DNA of 57,493 nucleotides, filler included, from Sphacelaria rigidula (Eukaryota), in assembly GCA_964200075.2 (NCBI GenBank). It is 4 parts of 4 records of this genome, joined end to end, with 100 filler letters (N's around TTAATTAATTAA, not from the genome) between each part and the next. Parts side by side here need not be neighbours in the genome. Positions count along the whole stretch, not along the records: positions 1 to 14,300 come from CAXNAA020002328.1; positions 14,401 to 28,699 come from CAXNAA020002329.1; 2 more parts are not named here. One strand, 5' to 3'. The position numbers and the translations under genes are program-made. Shown here in pieces: positions 10,461 through 23,342 of the stretch. Within the stretch, counting starts at the first letter, position 1. Each line of letters starts with the position of its first letter. Below the pieces are notes generated by a model that was given only the letters and a program-made list of their open reading frames with translations, had not been told where the DNA came from and searched no databases.

Positions 10461-11280
10461 CCTCCGTGTACTTTTTTGGCCGATTCGGGGGGGGGCTATG
10501 TCGGCAGCAGTCCGTGGCTGTTGTGTCGCAGAGGGTGGTCTTGCCCGTTTGTCGTGAATATTTTGCTGATTTCCTCACTTCCACTTCGGCCATATTTTGA
10601 CGACAACGCCACTGTTCCACTGCCCAACTTTATATGTGAAAATGTACCAAGATGGACAAGATACTTCTGCTCAGATTAAAAAAAGTGTACTGCGCACAGT
10701 ACTGAAATCTGTTGTCGAGTACAGCTGCAAGACGGTCGGGTTACAAAAATCTGGACCTGCTACAGGTGGTGTTACCCGTAGACATGAACGGCAGCAGAAA
10801 CGGCTGGGTACATGTTGTGGTGAACTGCGGAAGACGGGTGGAAATCACTGCAGGGCAGAGATATACGAAGGATGTTACGTTCTGCGGTGTGCCATATCAC
10901 CTTGCGCGTTGCTGCTGTGCATCGAGCACGTTGTGCAGCTACAGGCGTCACTGATGCGGGTGGTGCGCAGTCTCTAACCACAGTATATGATGTGCTGCAC
11001 TGTATCACTTGTGTTCGTAGACCAGTGCGGGCGGGGTGGGGCCCGCATGTACATAATCCTTCACGAACTTCGTCGTGCACTACCGATCCGGCACGTTTTC
11101 CCAGTAGAAATCGCTTGCAATCTATGCTGTTACATAACTCGCAAGCGATGCAGCTTTCTTCACGTCCGCACACCGCTCGTGAGGCGAGCTCTTGATGGTG
11201 GAAGTACCCGCCCGTCTTCCCGTGATGATCTCCAGCCTTGGTCTGAGACCATTAAAACCTTCGGAATATAACAGTAACTA

Positions 11281-12204
11281 CCGTAAGTTGCTCTGTGATC
11301 GCACAGGGGTGCGATCGATTTCTAAATGTTTTCGAACTTTTTTTTCCCGCACAGGGATGCGTTCTCACGACCCCTGCGCGAAAATCGAATTAAATCATTG
11401 GGGAATGCTTTTCCATCACACACCCCTGTGCCATGTCAACGACATGTGCGATATTGAGTGAATGATTTCGATGACACAAGCGTCTTTGAACGCACACCCT
11501 GTGCGATAACCCCGCCATGTGCGATACTGAGTAAGTTTTCGCCGGTGTAAAGGAACAATCTGCGATAGTACTGCCGTGGGAACAAGATCTGAAGATGCCT
11601 GAAACATAGCAAGTATACACGGGCACACAGCCACAGCACGTCAACATCAAGCACACCGCACGAGCCTACGGTAGCTGTCGTGGTACCGGTATACCGTTAC
11701 ACGAAACGTCGAAGAGAGAGCCGAGATTGATTGCAAGAAATATCGTTCGGTGCCAGTACGCGTTTGCTTTCGGGCTTCGTTCTTTCCGTCGGTAGTGGCG
11801 TTTGGTGAAAGGTTTCGGCTTTGGTGGTTTCATCCAAGATGCACGACGAGAACTTGAGTAGAATAAATTGAAAAAGAAAACCACTCCGTATGATTTTGTG
11901 TCTGCACTGCCACACTGCAGTGCGTAGTCCAGAAAAGCCCCATAATGACCAGTGGAATAAAGACAAGAATCGTGGCAACTCAGGCTGTCCGCGTCTAGGA
12001 CCCATCCGCGCGCACGCGTCCTCACACCCGGAAGGTGGCTGAGACGCATTTCATCCTTGAGATCGCACCCCTGTGTGAAAAAAACGCCCCCTGTGCGAAA
12101 AAACAACTAAATCGCTTCAAACCGTGTTTTTGATCGCACAGGGGTGCGTTCTCACGACCCCTGCGCGAAATTCACGCCCTGTGCGATCATAGAGCAACTT
12201 ACGG
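11281..12204. mobile_element. Non-autonomous DNA transposon (Tc1/mariner-pogo-like), ~924 bp
   Basis: 28-bp TIR CCGTAAGTTGCTCTGTGATCGCACAGGG / CCCTGTGCGATCATAGAGCAACTTACGG (1 mismatch). Flanked by TA on the left and CA on the right (possibly a mutated TA TSD). Internal subterminal repeats CGCACAGGG(G/A)TGCGTTCTCACGACCCCTGCGCGAAA. Confidence 0.8.
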
Positions 12205-13594
12205 CACTGGAAGTTACACGTCTCGCACCCTAATCCCTCCATATTATCGAAAAGTAATAACACTGACACAGCATGGACAACGTGGACACGGCTTCGACAA
12301 ATGAGTCATGGCTGACTGCCTGTAGATGGAGGAAAATATACACGTAATATAACACCCACGCGAGATTTATCATATTATATGCTCTTCGAATGAGTGTCCA
12401 AAACCAACCCACGACAAAGCCAATTTCAAATCGAAATGCTGCACACGAAACAGCGGCCAGGTGCACTTCACAGCAATCCACAGCAAGGCAGTAAAGAAAG
12501 CATCTTGTCGTAGAGCAGAAGACCGAAAGCCTGCGGCGATAAACTCTTTGCTCGATATTGACGAGCAAACACTCGTCTTGTGTTTTTGGTCAGCCAAGCA
12601 CCGCGCATGCGTGATTGTATGGATGCTCTGACAACCGGACTGTATGCAGTACGCATCAACTGCTTGCCATCGAGCATACCGCCATATCATACTGTCGTTG
12701 TTGCACTGCTGTTGTACAAGACACCACGCTCTCCGTACACTGTGTCTGTGTACTGTGCAGGCCATCCAAGTGGCAGCACAAGTAGCGGGAGTGGTCCTGT
12801 ATCGCACCACTTGTCAACTGTTCAGAGCACTATAGACCCTGTGCAGTAGTACTTCTGTACTGCTGTCGTCTGTTGCCTGTTGCTTTCCTTGTCTCGGTAG
12901 CCGGTAGGAGGTAAAAAGGGGTGTGGTTCATTCTTTCTCGCTCACTCCTTTTGGTGGGCGGTGTCCTCTTTCGTGAGTTTTTTGCCACACCAGATGCCCC
13001 ACCTTTTTAGTTGCGTTGGGTGCAGATGTGTCATTGTTTTTCGTGTCGGGAAGGTCTTTCGGCATGAGCAACTTTTGTGGCCGTACTGCTGCTGTCGTGC
13101 TAGTAGGGAAGGAAATGATCAACCTGTGAACAGGATCAATCAAGTTGAATGTGAAAAACAAAAAAACGTCGGGTTTAGTTCTGCTACCCCGAAACCTTAC
13201 GTGACGTATCCTATCAAAACCCCTTGAAACAAAGGTCCTCGTCCGTTTTGTGCTTCCGTTGGTCCCACAAAGGGCAAGCGTAGCACTGTACGAACGGACG
13301 GTCGTCAATAGTGTCAGCACCGGCACTACTGAGGTATTCAGAGCCCTCAATTGCACCTGTTTTGGCACTTTCTAGAGTAGTGCCGGTGTCCGTGGTGGCC
13401 ACATACCGCCACTACTTAGAGCCCCGCACTGTATATATAACATGCATATAGTGATCGTTGGGTCTATATCCGGTCGAGAATACCATCCTTGCTGGATACT
13501 ACGAGCATAATCGAGCATAAGTTCCACGTTGCGACAAGGTTGCGAACATAAATCGAGCATAAACTCCACTTTACGAGCATTATTTTTGGTGATA

Positions 13595-13795
13595 TTGGAG
13601 ATTTTCGAAAAACCCGTTTTTGTCATTTGAGAGTGGGAATATCTCAGGATCAGAGGGTACCGAAATAATTTCCGTCAAATGTGGTATCCCCTTGACTTCT
13701 TTTCGATAAGTTGTTTTTTTTATGATTCTGCACTCTGATCCTGAGATATTTGCACTCTGAAATGAAAAAAAAACGTTTTCTGAAACTTTCGATTA
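13595..13795. repeat. Imperfect inverted repeat (hairpin), probable DNA-transposon subterminal structure
   Basis: GAGTGGGAATATCTCAGGATCAGAG pairs with CTCTGATCCTGAGATATTTGCACTC, and the arms extend with mismatches. Confidence 0.65.
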
Positions 13796-14300
13796 CTCGC
13801 ATTGAAAAACACCTTCCTAGCATCACAACTGGAAGCCTATTTGTAAGATAGGAGTCAAGTGCCGCTTCGTGTCTTTCGACCGCATGTTTTCAATCTCAAA
13901 CGATTGTTTTGTACCTTGTTGCATTCTTCTCCGCGTGCCGCTCGTTATAATTTTGAGTTGAAGCCTCCAAGGAATGTAAATGCGGTGGGCCTATGAGATC
14001 GGCAAAAAAAAGTCGACCGCAATTTTTCGATCGAAAAAAAAGTGCTGAGACACGCCCTCAGAGCCCCAAAGAGTCGATGGATCAAAGGTGCTTGGCCCTA
14101 AAGAGGCAACGGAGCTAGGAAAGGTGCACCGAAGGCCTTTGGCAAATGGCCTTCTGCAATTCTGCGGTTCTATTATGACCGACCGGACAAATCCTTCGTT
14201 TCTGACTGGCCGGGTAGATTTTTCACTAAATCGCACTTCCTGAATCCAACCACCCTGGGACTGATTCGGCTACACAGCTCTTTTTCAGAGTCATCCTACG

Positions 14301-14400
14301 NNNNNNNNNNNNNNNNNNNNNNNNNNNNNNNNNNNNNNNNNNNNTTAATTAATTAANNNNNNNNNNNNNNNNNNNNNNNNNNNNNNNNNNNNNNNNNNNN
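14301..14400. other. Artificial contig spacer N44-TTAATTAATTAA-N44
   Basis: 100-nt N run containing a palindromic linker with stops in all six frames. Confidence 0.98.
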
Positions 14401-15233
14401 ACCATCCTCAACATAGATGATTGGCTGTTTGTTGTCGTTCAGAGTTTATGTACCGTACTGCACCGCTTGCAACTTTATTCCGTCACTTTTGTCGAGATGA
14501 ATTCAGGGTGCAGCTTCTTTCAAGATCAGATCACAACCCAAAACCCGGATGAAAAAGACGGCACCGTGTGTGTAGTGCCATGTGTGATGCTGCGGTAGCT
14601 CACACCGCACATGGAATCACTCAGACGTCAATCACCTTGATGTGTATCCACATATATCTACGGTACATCCCCACGTACTTTGTCCTGTAATTGGGGATGG
14701 GTGCTCACGGGAACCCTCGCATGCTCTGTATTTCGGGGAGCCCATGCCCCAGCTACTGTGGCAGTATCACTATCTTTGTCAGTCGATACCACCGGTATTC
14801 TGGAATATGCCGTATTTTCGGCAGTCGAATACTCCAGGAACCCTGAAACACGCAGAGAATCTTCAACGGCGATACTCTAGGTACTCCGGCATACTCAGAA
14901 CTTTGCGGTGTTGTTACTGTTCAATAATATTGAAGCGGTTTTTTCGGAGGAGCACTGGTACGTTTCACTACTCCCGCACCTACCCATTTTTTTTCCCCCA
15001 CGAAGGGGTACCGGCGGTAGCTTAGACACACATGATGCTGCAGTTGTGATTGGCAGCGACATCGTTGTTTGGGGTACACGTGAGTGAAATACCCCAACCG
15101 AAAGCGTCTCGTTTATGCACAAATTGAATGAGCAGCGCCTTTCGCTACCCTCCGTTCCTCGGTTCCTCCCACGTCCCCCGCCGCCCCCCCCCCGTTGCCC
15201 GCCACCTGGGCCAAAAATGACTCGTGCAAGCAG

Positions 15234-15317
15234 ACCTACATGCTCATGATCGGGGCTAATGTGGGTGACTTGGTGCAGTTTGTCAAGACGAGCGCCGGCA
15301 GTCGAAGGGACCTCAAG
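15234..15317 (+). CDS. Internal exon of a DDRGK1/UFBP1-like gene (TYMLMIGANVGDLVQFVKTSAGSRRDLK)
   Basis: CAG acceptor at 15231-15233 and GT donor at 15318; 84 nt, phase 0/0. Joined to 23343 it gives DLVQFVK...K|VSSLVALENELG, matching the DDRGK1 pattern LxxFxxYIKxxK-VVxLEDLAxxxG. Confidence 0.6.
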
Positions 15318-16042
15318 GTATCTAATACAGCTCAGGGGAAAAGCGTGCGAGATGCGGTAGTACAGGTGGCTAAATGCAAGCACCAAAACCGATCGAGGAA
15401 GCTACGCAAGTAGCTACCCGGCAAGCGAATCGTTTCCGTACAACCGATGCAACGGGATCCATCTACTCCGGTGAAGCAAAAAATACTCCAAAAGGAAGCG
15501 TTCACAATTTATTCTGAAAACATGCTTCCTTATTAGTCGCCCTGGAATAGAAGAACTCGTTTGAAATTTCGTGCTTGCGTTGTTTTCTTTTTCATCCATG
15601 TCATGCACCTGATCGAGCATCTCATACGTTTATTTCCGGTGCCGACGTCTCTTGGCGCATGGGGTGCTTTGATGGTTTGTCGCATTGACCCCCCTCCCCC
15701 TCCCTGTTCTTGCGTGCTTTTTCCTATCCAGCGGCGGGGGAACAATGAGCCGCCGCTTGATGTGACGATATCGCGTGTAGAGCTGGACTGCAAGCCTTAC
15801 CACCACCGCAAACATTGGCGCGCTAGCGTGTTGCCACGTCTTTATGAGTTTGCACGGGCAGTATACAAGTTTCGCGCGGACGATAGCCTGCGGTGGCGGT
15901 ATCTTCTCGCTAGCCCTGTGAGTATTCGTGAAACTCGGTTATCTTACACCGTGTGTTGTGTATTTTCTACACCTAAACAAGAAAAACTCCCCCGACCAAC
16001 AGGCGCTCTAGACATCAAATAATCGGTCTTGTTTTCCCACGT

Positions 16043-16595
16043 GAAACACAGACCGGATATGGGCATGGAAGACGGGTGCTCACCATTTTTCTTTGCATTA
16101 AGCACAACACGACCCGGATATGGACATGGCAAGAAGAAGCTGACCATTTTTCTTCGCACTGCCAGAACACAGCCCGGGCATAGGCATGGAATGACGAACG
16201 AAGCTAACCATTTTTTCTCGGGACTGACCGGGACACAACCCAAATATAGACACGAAACACCGAAGCTAACCATTTTTTCCTTTGCATTGCCAGAACGCAG
16301 CCGGGATATAGACATGGTATAAAGAAGCTGATCATTTTTTCTTTACATTAACCAGACACAGCCCAGACATGGAGATGTAAAACAGAAGGTAACCATTTTT
16401 CTTTTTCATCACCAGAACACAGACCGGATACGTGTAGATGTGAAATAACGAAGCGACCTAATTTTTTTCTTTGCACTATAACCAGAACACAGTCCAGATA
16501 TAAACATTAAATTACGAAGCTACTCATTTTTCTTCATCAACCAAAACACAGCTCGGGTATGAGCATGAAATGACGGGACTAAGATTTCTTCATCT
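16043..16595 (+). repeat. Minisatellite, ~60-68-bp unit, ~9 diverged copies
   Basis: Unit approx CCAGAACACAGCCCGGATATAGACATG...GAAGCTAACCATTTTTTCTTTGCATTA repeated head to tail. Confidence 0.9.
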
Positions 16596-18057
16596 CCCCA
16601 TACCGAAAAAAATAACAACCGATATCATTCCCCCCATAACGTAACAGAGGTAAGATACATGAAAACAGAGACCCAAGACCCAGGCATGTGAGCAGTAGCT
16701 CGAGGCGGACCACGTTGCATGCAAATTGAAAGCACAGAGGAGTTGCAACAAGTACAGATAAAAGGTCACCCCAACATGTTTACTTCACATGAAGGGAATA
16801 CCCTGAAAACTGACTGATTCCTATTGGGCGGTGGGAGTCTGGCGAGATATTCTCCTTAGTTCCCGGCATCAGGTGCACAGGCGTCAAATGAAGGGAACGG
16901 TTGGGTAATGCATAATGAAAATTTCAAAACCTTCTGCACTCGTGAAACAGACACCTTTCCAATTACCGGCTACAGGACTAAAAAAAAGGAGCACCAAGCG
17001 TTACGTAGATATGTTGAGACCTTTGAAGGATAGAAACCGGTACGGAATGTGAGGAAACTGTTGGCCAAGTTTTCGGCAGCTAAGATCTACTCGGGGGCAG
17101 TAGTGGGGCAGCTGCCCATGGTAAACCGTACACGGAGTGGGAGGAAGTGATGTACGGGTCATACTGATGTGTGAATGAGACTTTGTGTTATGCAAGCCGT
17201 CTTTGAACCTTGCACGGCGAAAATAATCCGCGCGGAGAACAGGAAGCGGTACAGCAGCGGGGTAAGAATATAGAAGATACGATCGTGGGACGCCTGAATG
17301 GGTTACCGTGGAGATCGCGTGGCACAAACTTGGGGTTCTTGTGTCATGGGTGTTGAACTTGACCAGGCTACAAGCCCGTCTTGACTGATTTGGTTGATTG
17401 ATCGGTTGTCGCACTTTAACTGAGCCCCAGGGATCCGGCCGTGGTCACATAATAGACGTACCCAAGAAAAAACAAAACTGAAAAACACTTGCTGAAAACA
17501 AGGAAGGAACAGAAAACGTCGAACAGAACGACATAGTAGACTAAGACGTGAAAAAAAAAAAGGAAAAAAAAATGTCGAGCAAAGCAAAGCACAGAAAGAA
17601 ATGGCAGACCCCAAAAAACAAATAAAAAAAATGAAATAAGATGGACAGAAAGTGTTGAAAACACTATTTAGTGTCCGTGAGCCAGCGACAGCAGTGAAGA
17701 CACCAGACCCCCACTAAGCACTAGGATTGATAAATCCCGGTATCTTGACCACGCCACACTACAAAACTGAAGACAAAAAAGCTGGAGATATTCTCGAAAG
17801 AGATCGAGAGAGATAGTGAGGCAGGGTATATGGGGGAATAAAATTGAGCGGCGAAGTGCTCGTAGTGCTTGTGTTTGGAGTCCCTATCGATGTGGCGACA
17901 ATTCAGTACAAGAGAAAATGCGATGAAGTAGGGCCGTGCTGTTTGGCAATAGGAAAGTAGAAAGAGAGGGAGAACACTTCCGAGTCACGCTAAAACAGAG
18001 AGCAAGCAGGGAGCGTCAGAGGACAGAGACAACGTAGTGTCAGCATGGGTTATCTTT

Positions 18058-18128
18058 ACTGCCAGTAGATGTACGCTACGCGGCTGGGGGTGGGTCTGAA
18101 TCAGCCGGTGCCGATACTGCTGCTGCTG

Positions 18129-18159
<31 letters not shown>

Positions 18160-19430
18160 CGTTTTTCCTAATGAGAGAGACGGTCCGCGTTTCGATCGTG
18201 CTACAACGCCCACGCACCTTGCGCGTGATAGCCACCGTGCTGGAAGGCGCTGGTCCGTACTACCCGCGGATGAGTCCATGCTTCCCCACTAGGCTAAGTG
18301 CTGGGAGATGAAAACAAATTTTACGCACTGCACTGGTACTGAAAATGCTATGTGGGCAACAACACGCAGACAGATCATGGTCGATTTCAAGTAGGGAGGA
18401 GGCAATAACGCGCCAGGTGCATGGGTATTGTCGCACATCGAAACGCGGACCGCCTCCCGCACGAGAAGCAGCAGCATATTTATTGCCAGTGAATGTACGC
18501 GGCTGGGGGTGGGTCTGAATTAGCCGGTGCCGATGCTGCTGCTGCTCTTCATCGTAGACGGTCGCGTTTCGATCGTGCGACAACACGCACGCACCTTGCG
18601 AGTGATAGCCACCGTGCTGGACAGCGCTGGTACGTACTACCCGCCGATGGGTCCATGCTTCCTCACTTGGCTAAGTGCTGGGAGATATAGCTGTGCGCAT
18701 CTCTCTGTGGGAGATGAGCACGTCGGGTGTGTCTCGCACGCGTGGCTACTGCTGGTGATGGGAATGAAACCAGCGTCCAATACAGGGGAAAACGAGTGAT
18801 ACGTACTCGTACTGAAAATGCTACAGTATACTGGAACAGTATGAGGGTAACAACACGCAAACAAATCATGGTCGATTTCAAGTAGGGAGGGGGCAATAAC
18901 GCGCCAGGTGCATGGGTATTGTTCAAGGGCAGGTCGAGTAGAGTATACTCGATTGCGGGGTATTTCGAAAGACGTACTTGGGATACTCAGATTAGGGTAG
19001 AGTGTTGGTAGTCGTACCCCAAATATGACTGGAAAGCGATCCCTAAAACCTTACCCCCGATTTGTGTACTTCAAGTACGACTTTCAAAATACCCCGCAAT
19101 TGAGTATAGTCTATTCGACCAGCCCTTGGTATTGTTGCATGTCGAAACGCGGACCGCCTCCCGCACGAGCAGCAGCAGCAGCAGCATCTTTATTGCCAGT
19201 ACATGTGTACGGTTGGGGGTGGGTTTGAATCAGCGGGTGTCGGTGCTGCTGCTTCTGCTGCTGCTGCTCTTCATCGTAGACGGTCCGCGTTTCGACGGTG
19301 CGACAACATCCACGCACCTTGCGAGCGATGGCCACCGTGCTGAACAGCGCTGGTACGTACTACCCGCCGATGGGTCCATGCTTGCTTACTCGGCAAAGTT
19401 CTGCGATATATAGCTGTGTCATCTCTCTGT
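18058..19430 (+). repeat. Tandem repeat of a ~420-500-bp unit (about 3 copies) containing (CTG)n/(CAG)n tracts
   Basis: Units start near 18058, 18482 and 19190 and share GGGGGTGGGT(C/T)TGAAT, GCACCTTGCG, GCGCTGGT(C/A)CGTACTACCCGC and GTCCATGCTT. Confidence 0.9.
18924..19128. mobile_element. hAT-like MITE (205 bp) with 8-bp TSD GTATTGTT
   Basis: TIR CAAGGGCAGGTCGAGTAGAGTATACTCGATTGCGGGGTATTT / AAATACCCCGCAATTGAGTATAGTCTATTCGACCAGCCCTTG. Perfect 8-bp TSD at 18916-18923 and 19129-19136. The empty site is present in the neighbouring repeat unit near 18425. Confidence 0.92.
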
Positions 19431-19615
19431 GGGAGCTGTGCACGTGGAGTTTGTCTCCCACGGGTGGCTACTGCTGCTGGCATTGAACTCAGCATGGCTA
19501 CTGCTAGTGATGGGATCCCAACCGTCTGTCCCATGAAGTTTTTAAAATACTGTTGGACTTCTGTCAGTACACTTCTATCCATGTAGTCTACCTTCGGTTC
19601 TAAAATGTTCTTATA

Positions 19616-19749
19616 ACACTCTTGGAGTTCTGTATTGTGTTCAGTGTAATACTCTGTAATATCTATGATACTGTGAAATAACGATGATACTCTTGGACTT
19701 CTGTATTGTGTTCAGTATAATACTCTGTAATATCTATGATACTGTGAAA
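19616..19749 (+). repeat. Tandem duplication of ~70 bp
   Basis: ACTCTTGGA(G/C)TTCTGTATTGTGTTCAGT(G/A)TAATACTCTGTAATATCTATGATACTGTGAAA occurs twice. Confidence 0.85.
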
Positions 19750-20199
19750 AAACGAAGTTTTCTGGCACAGATTTCCGTCACAAGAAATGAATTTGACATG
19801 AGAAAAGGGCTAAGACAACACCGTTTTTCATGGCGGAAAAATGGAATAGTAGTAGAATATGGAAGTGCACGTGTGCGCAGCGGACGTAGGAACTACGGAT
19901 CATTGCATAATGTGGACAGAAAGCCGAGATACGGGAGGAATAAAAAATTGGGAATACTCCGGAGTAGAATAACCAGAAATGACCGAAACCCAGCGAGAGT
20001 TTCAAGTAGAGATGCCCAAGATTTCAGTGAATTTTTCCGAGTTGTTGGAAAGCGTTGGTACAGCTAAGAACGAAATGGAGACGGGTCGGGCAGAGCGAAG
20101 ATTATAGAAGGAGGGGAGCAATTGGTCAAAAACATAGCGATTAAAATAATGGATAAGGAACTGATCATATGCAACATGGCAGTAAAATGGTGGGATGAT

Positions 20200-20828
20200 A
20201 TACATAGAGTAAAACTACGTAGGGTGGGAGGAATATGCCTAAGCTAGGAAAAAGGCAAAATAAATGGTGAAGAAAAAGAAGGGATGAAAAGATATGTGGT
20301 TAATAAGACGAATGAGGACTTTGATGGAGGGATGGAGCAAAGACGGGTAGGGATAAAAGGGATACCGGGCGAATAGGCAGGGGAGGCGGATAAGGGATTA
20401 GCCATACTAAGGTCACCGAACGGCAAAATGGTCACCAGTTCGAAGGGGAAGAGGCAAGTACTAGTAGAGCACTACCGAAAGTAGGAACACCAACAGGTAA
20501 CAAAATGTTTGACCCGAATCCGAGAAAGAACTCACGCGTGGGCAGTGGAAACTGTGAAGGCATCAAGATGGGAAGGTAATGGTGCAATCGAGTTGCAGAG
20601 AGTCCACGAGAGAGAAAGTAAAGGCGTGTGTAGCTACACCTAAGAGTAGAAGGCAACAGGGGCAATCGGAATAATGAAAGAATTTATCAAGTGCGGGGGA
20701 GAGGGAACGATTACCACGGTTGTTGTGTTGTATAATTGGATCTGGAAAATGGAGTACACACCCCAAGAGGTGAAGAGAAGGGGTAGTTGTAACCCCTTTC
20801 AAGAAAGAAGACAAGGCTGACCCAGGGC
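20200..20828 (+). mobile_element. Degenerate LINE ORF2 fragment (pre-RT region and start of RT), same family as 36187-38113
   Basis: Frameshifted translation LRSPNGKMVTSSKGKRQVLVEHYRK...LYNWIWKMEYTP..EGVVVTPFKKEDKADPG. The last part aligns to the LYNWIWENEYMPKRWREGVVANLFRKEAKADPG start of the 36187 copy. Confidence 0.85.
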
Positions 20829-22121
20829 GCTACACTCGTTACCTTGCATGCCATAGTCATACGACCATTGATCTCGCATCTCTACACAAGGTAATGGAGA
20901 ATGGCAGCAGTCGTGTATGGAGAACAGAGTACTACCCTGAACACAAGACAACACGGCAGTTCCGCAGTGTTTTCTAGTTTTAGAACCTGAAGATGGACTC
21001 TATACAGTATGCATCAGCTTCTCTTGTTGCAAAATCACAGCGTCCTGACTGATACTATTATATGTTACAGCTTGGTTACATAGAGACAAACATAGCAATG
21101 CAGCACATCAAGCAATCTCAGCGGAGACCAAACCGTCTCCGCAAGGTCTAAACACACCCCAGAACAGTGATGGATACATCACATGAGAACGGAAGTGAGA
21201 GTGTTTGTGCTGCAGTACAGTGAGACAAGAAATGTCCCATGTTCTAGTGCTTCGGCTGATTTCGAACGGGCCCTCAGTGTTTGCAGGGTGCTGATCTTGA
21301 ACGCTCGGACATATTCGCGAAAATAATTTTATTTTCGCCCAAGATACAGGCAGCCATGACAGCAGCAGAGGCGACCTTTCACTCCTGCGTGCGCAACCTA
21401 GGGCAAACGCACGATGCAGCTACAACACGAAGAGCTTTACAAAATGATATCCCGCGAGCACGTTGACCGCAGATACAAGCGGTTGCGTGCATGTTATGGC
21501 GAACTGCATAGGACAGCGCGAAATCAATGCAGCACAGGGATAGGCTGAGGATGTGGCGTTCTGTGGTGTGCTTTGTCACCCTGCACCCTGCCGCTGTGCA
21601 GTGAGCAGGTAGTGCCACCGAAGGCGTAACGTCGCGGTTGGTACGTAGTGTCGAACCAATAGCAGCAAACAGCATATATCTTGTACACCAGACGAGGATG
21701 TGTGTTTCAAGACCGATGTGCAGAGAGTGGGACCCGAATCTTGATAAATCTGCGCTAACTCGCTCTGTTCTTGTTGATACATGAATCTTTTCGGCAAAAA
21801 ACGCTTGTAACGTGTGCTGTGACGAATGTCATGCGTCATGCAGCTTTCTCCCATGTGCGGCATCGCCCGTGAAGCGAGCTGTTGAAGCTAACAGTGCCCA
21901 ACCCTATTCCCACGATGATCTCCCGTCTGAGCTCGAGATAATTGAAACTACGAAACATGACTTCAACTAGTAGAACGTACACCTCACGGTGATTAAAGCT
22001 TCCATAATATTGAAAAGGAACAGCACTGTGAGGGCGTCTGTCTGTTCTGTCCCTTTTCCATTCCATTCCAATGTAAGGAAGGATAGGAAATTTGGAGGCG
22101 CGATGCGAAGCAGAGCAATCT

Positions 22122-22530
22122 TTACCAGTAGTCGAAAGGAGGAGGAAGTAGATGGATAGAACTGCCTCTGTGGCGAAGGAATAGAGAGCAGAAGTCATTA
22201 AGTGGCAGAATGTGAACTATACAAGAAGGAACGGGACATGCTGGAGGGGAAATGCGGGACGTGGACGAAGGTAGCATGAAATCGTTTGATGCATTAGAAA
22301 GTAGGGAGAAAACGATGCCTTTACTAGGAGATGGAGGCCACAGACCGCGAAACTGGACGGGGATTAGATATGAAGAAGGTTTTTGTGCAACGTATGAAAG
22401 TACGTAATGAGGGCCGGAATGTTGGAGGTGTCTCTATTAGGGGTAGGAACGGTGCTCCGTCTCGAAAGGGATGGGTGGTCAATAGTCGAACGACTCAGGC
22501 AAGCAACAAATGAGTACGCCCACTTCCCTC
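22122..22530 (+). mobile_element. LINE 3'-end fragment
   Basis: Aligns to 37700-38110 (TACCAGTAGTCG...GAGGAGGAAGTAGATG...GCAGAATGTGAACTATACAAG...GGAACGGTGCT...GCAACAAATGAG). Confidence 0.88.
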
Positions 22531-23342
22531 TATCTCACACACACATTTGAGTAAGGTTCTGTATATTTGAAAAATTGAAAATTTTACTCCCGGACCATCT
22601 TTTGATTACAATGGGCCGTTCGTGAAGCTCATCGAAGATCGTCTTTACCTGTAAGGCAACAAAACGGTAGCGACCACAGACGGCGCATGTACAGATACGA
22701 CGAAAGACCCACAGCCCATCAGCCCTTCACCGTCTCACACTCCTCGTTTGCAGCGAGACAAACCATGATTTGAGCCATAGCTGTTGACCAGCTGAACCCG
22801 ATGTGCTTGGTTTGGCTTTAGTCCGTTCAGAATGGATGGGATACGATCACTTGTGTCAGGCGAGTACCAAGGTCAGTGCCAAACACAACACAAACGCAAG
22901 CACAAATGATTAACAATACACTACTAGCAACAGCTACGCGTTAGATCTACTCCTTTCCAACACCAAACTGATTCGACATCAGAAAAAAAAAGAAGGTGTG
23001 CGTAAGTAAGCAAGAGGTCATCCACGTGTGATGCGCGGCTATGCATATTTGTTCGGAGCTCCGTTGGAAGCCCTGTGTGTTTCGGAAGCGTTTTGGGGGC
23101 TGCGTGCTCAATCTTGTTGGACCGAAAACTATCGCAAGAACCATCGAATGTTGACCTTCGTGCAGATCTGACCAAAGTAGTGTTTCAGATTATGCTCGAC
23201 ACTGATCGTAGGGGGCAAACCAGAATACCGACAATGAATAGTGGTCTCTAGTTGTGATAAGACTCGGGGTTAGCACGTGCGTTACACTCCATGTGTCATG
23301 AGCGTCTTGCACTTTCAACAAACTCCCGTCCCTCTTGATCAG

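Noticed and set aside
14345-14356. TTAATTAATTAA palindrome as a biological site
   Set aside because: Embedded in N runs and identical at all three gaps; an assembly linker.
16043-16595. ~62-bp periodic array as a possible CRISPR
   Set aside because: Whole units are homologous and diverged throughout; there is no constant-repeat/unique-spacer structure.
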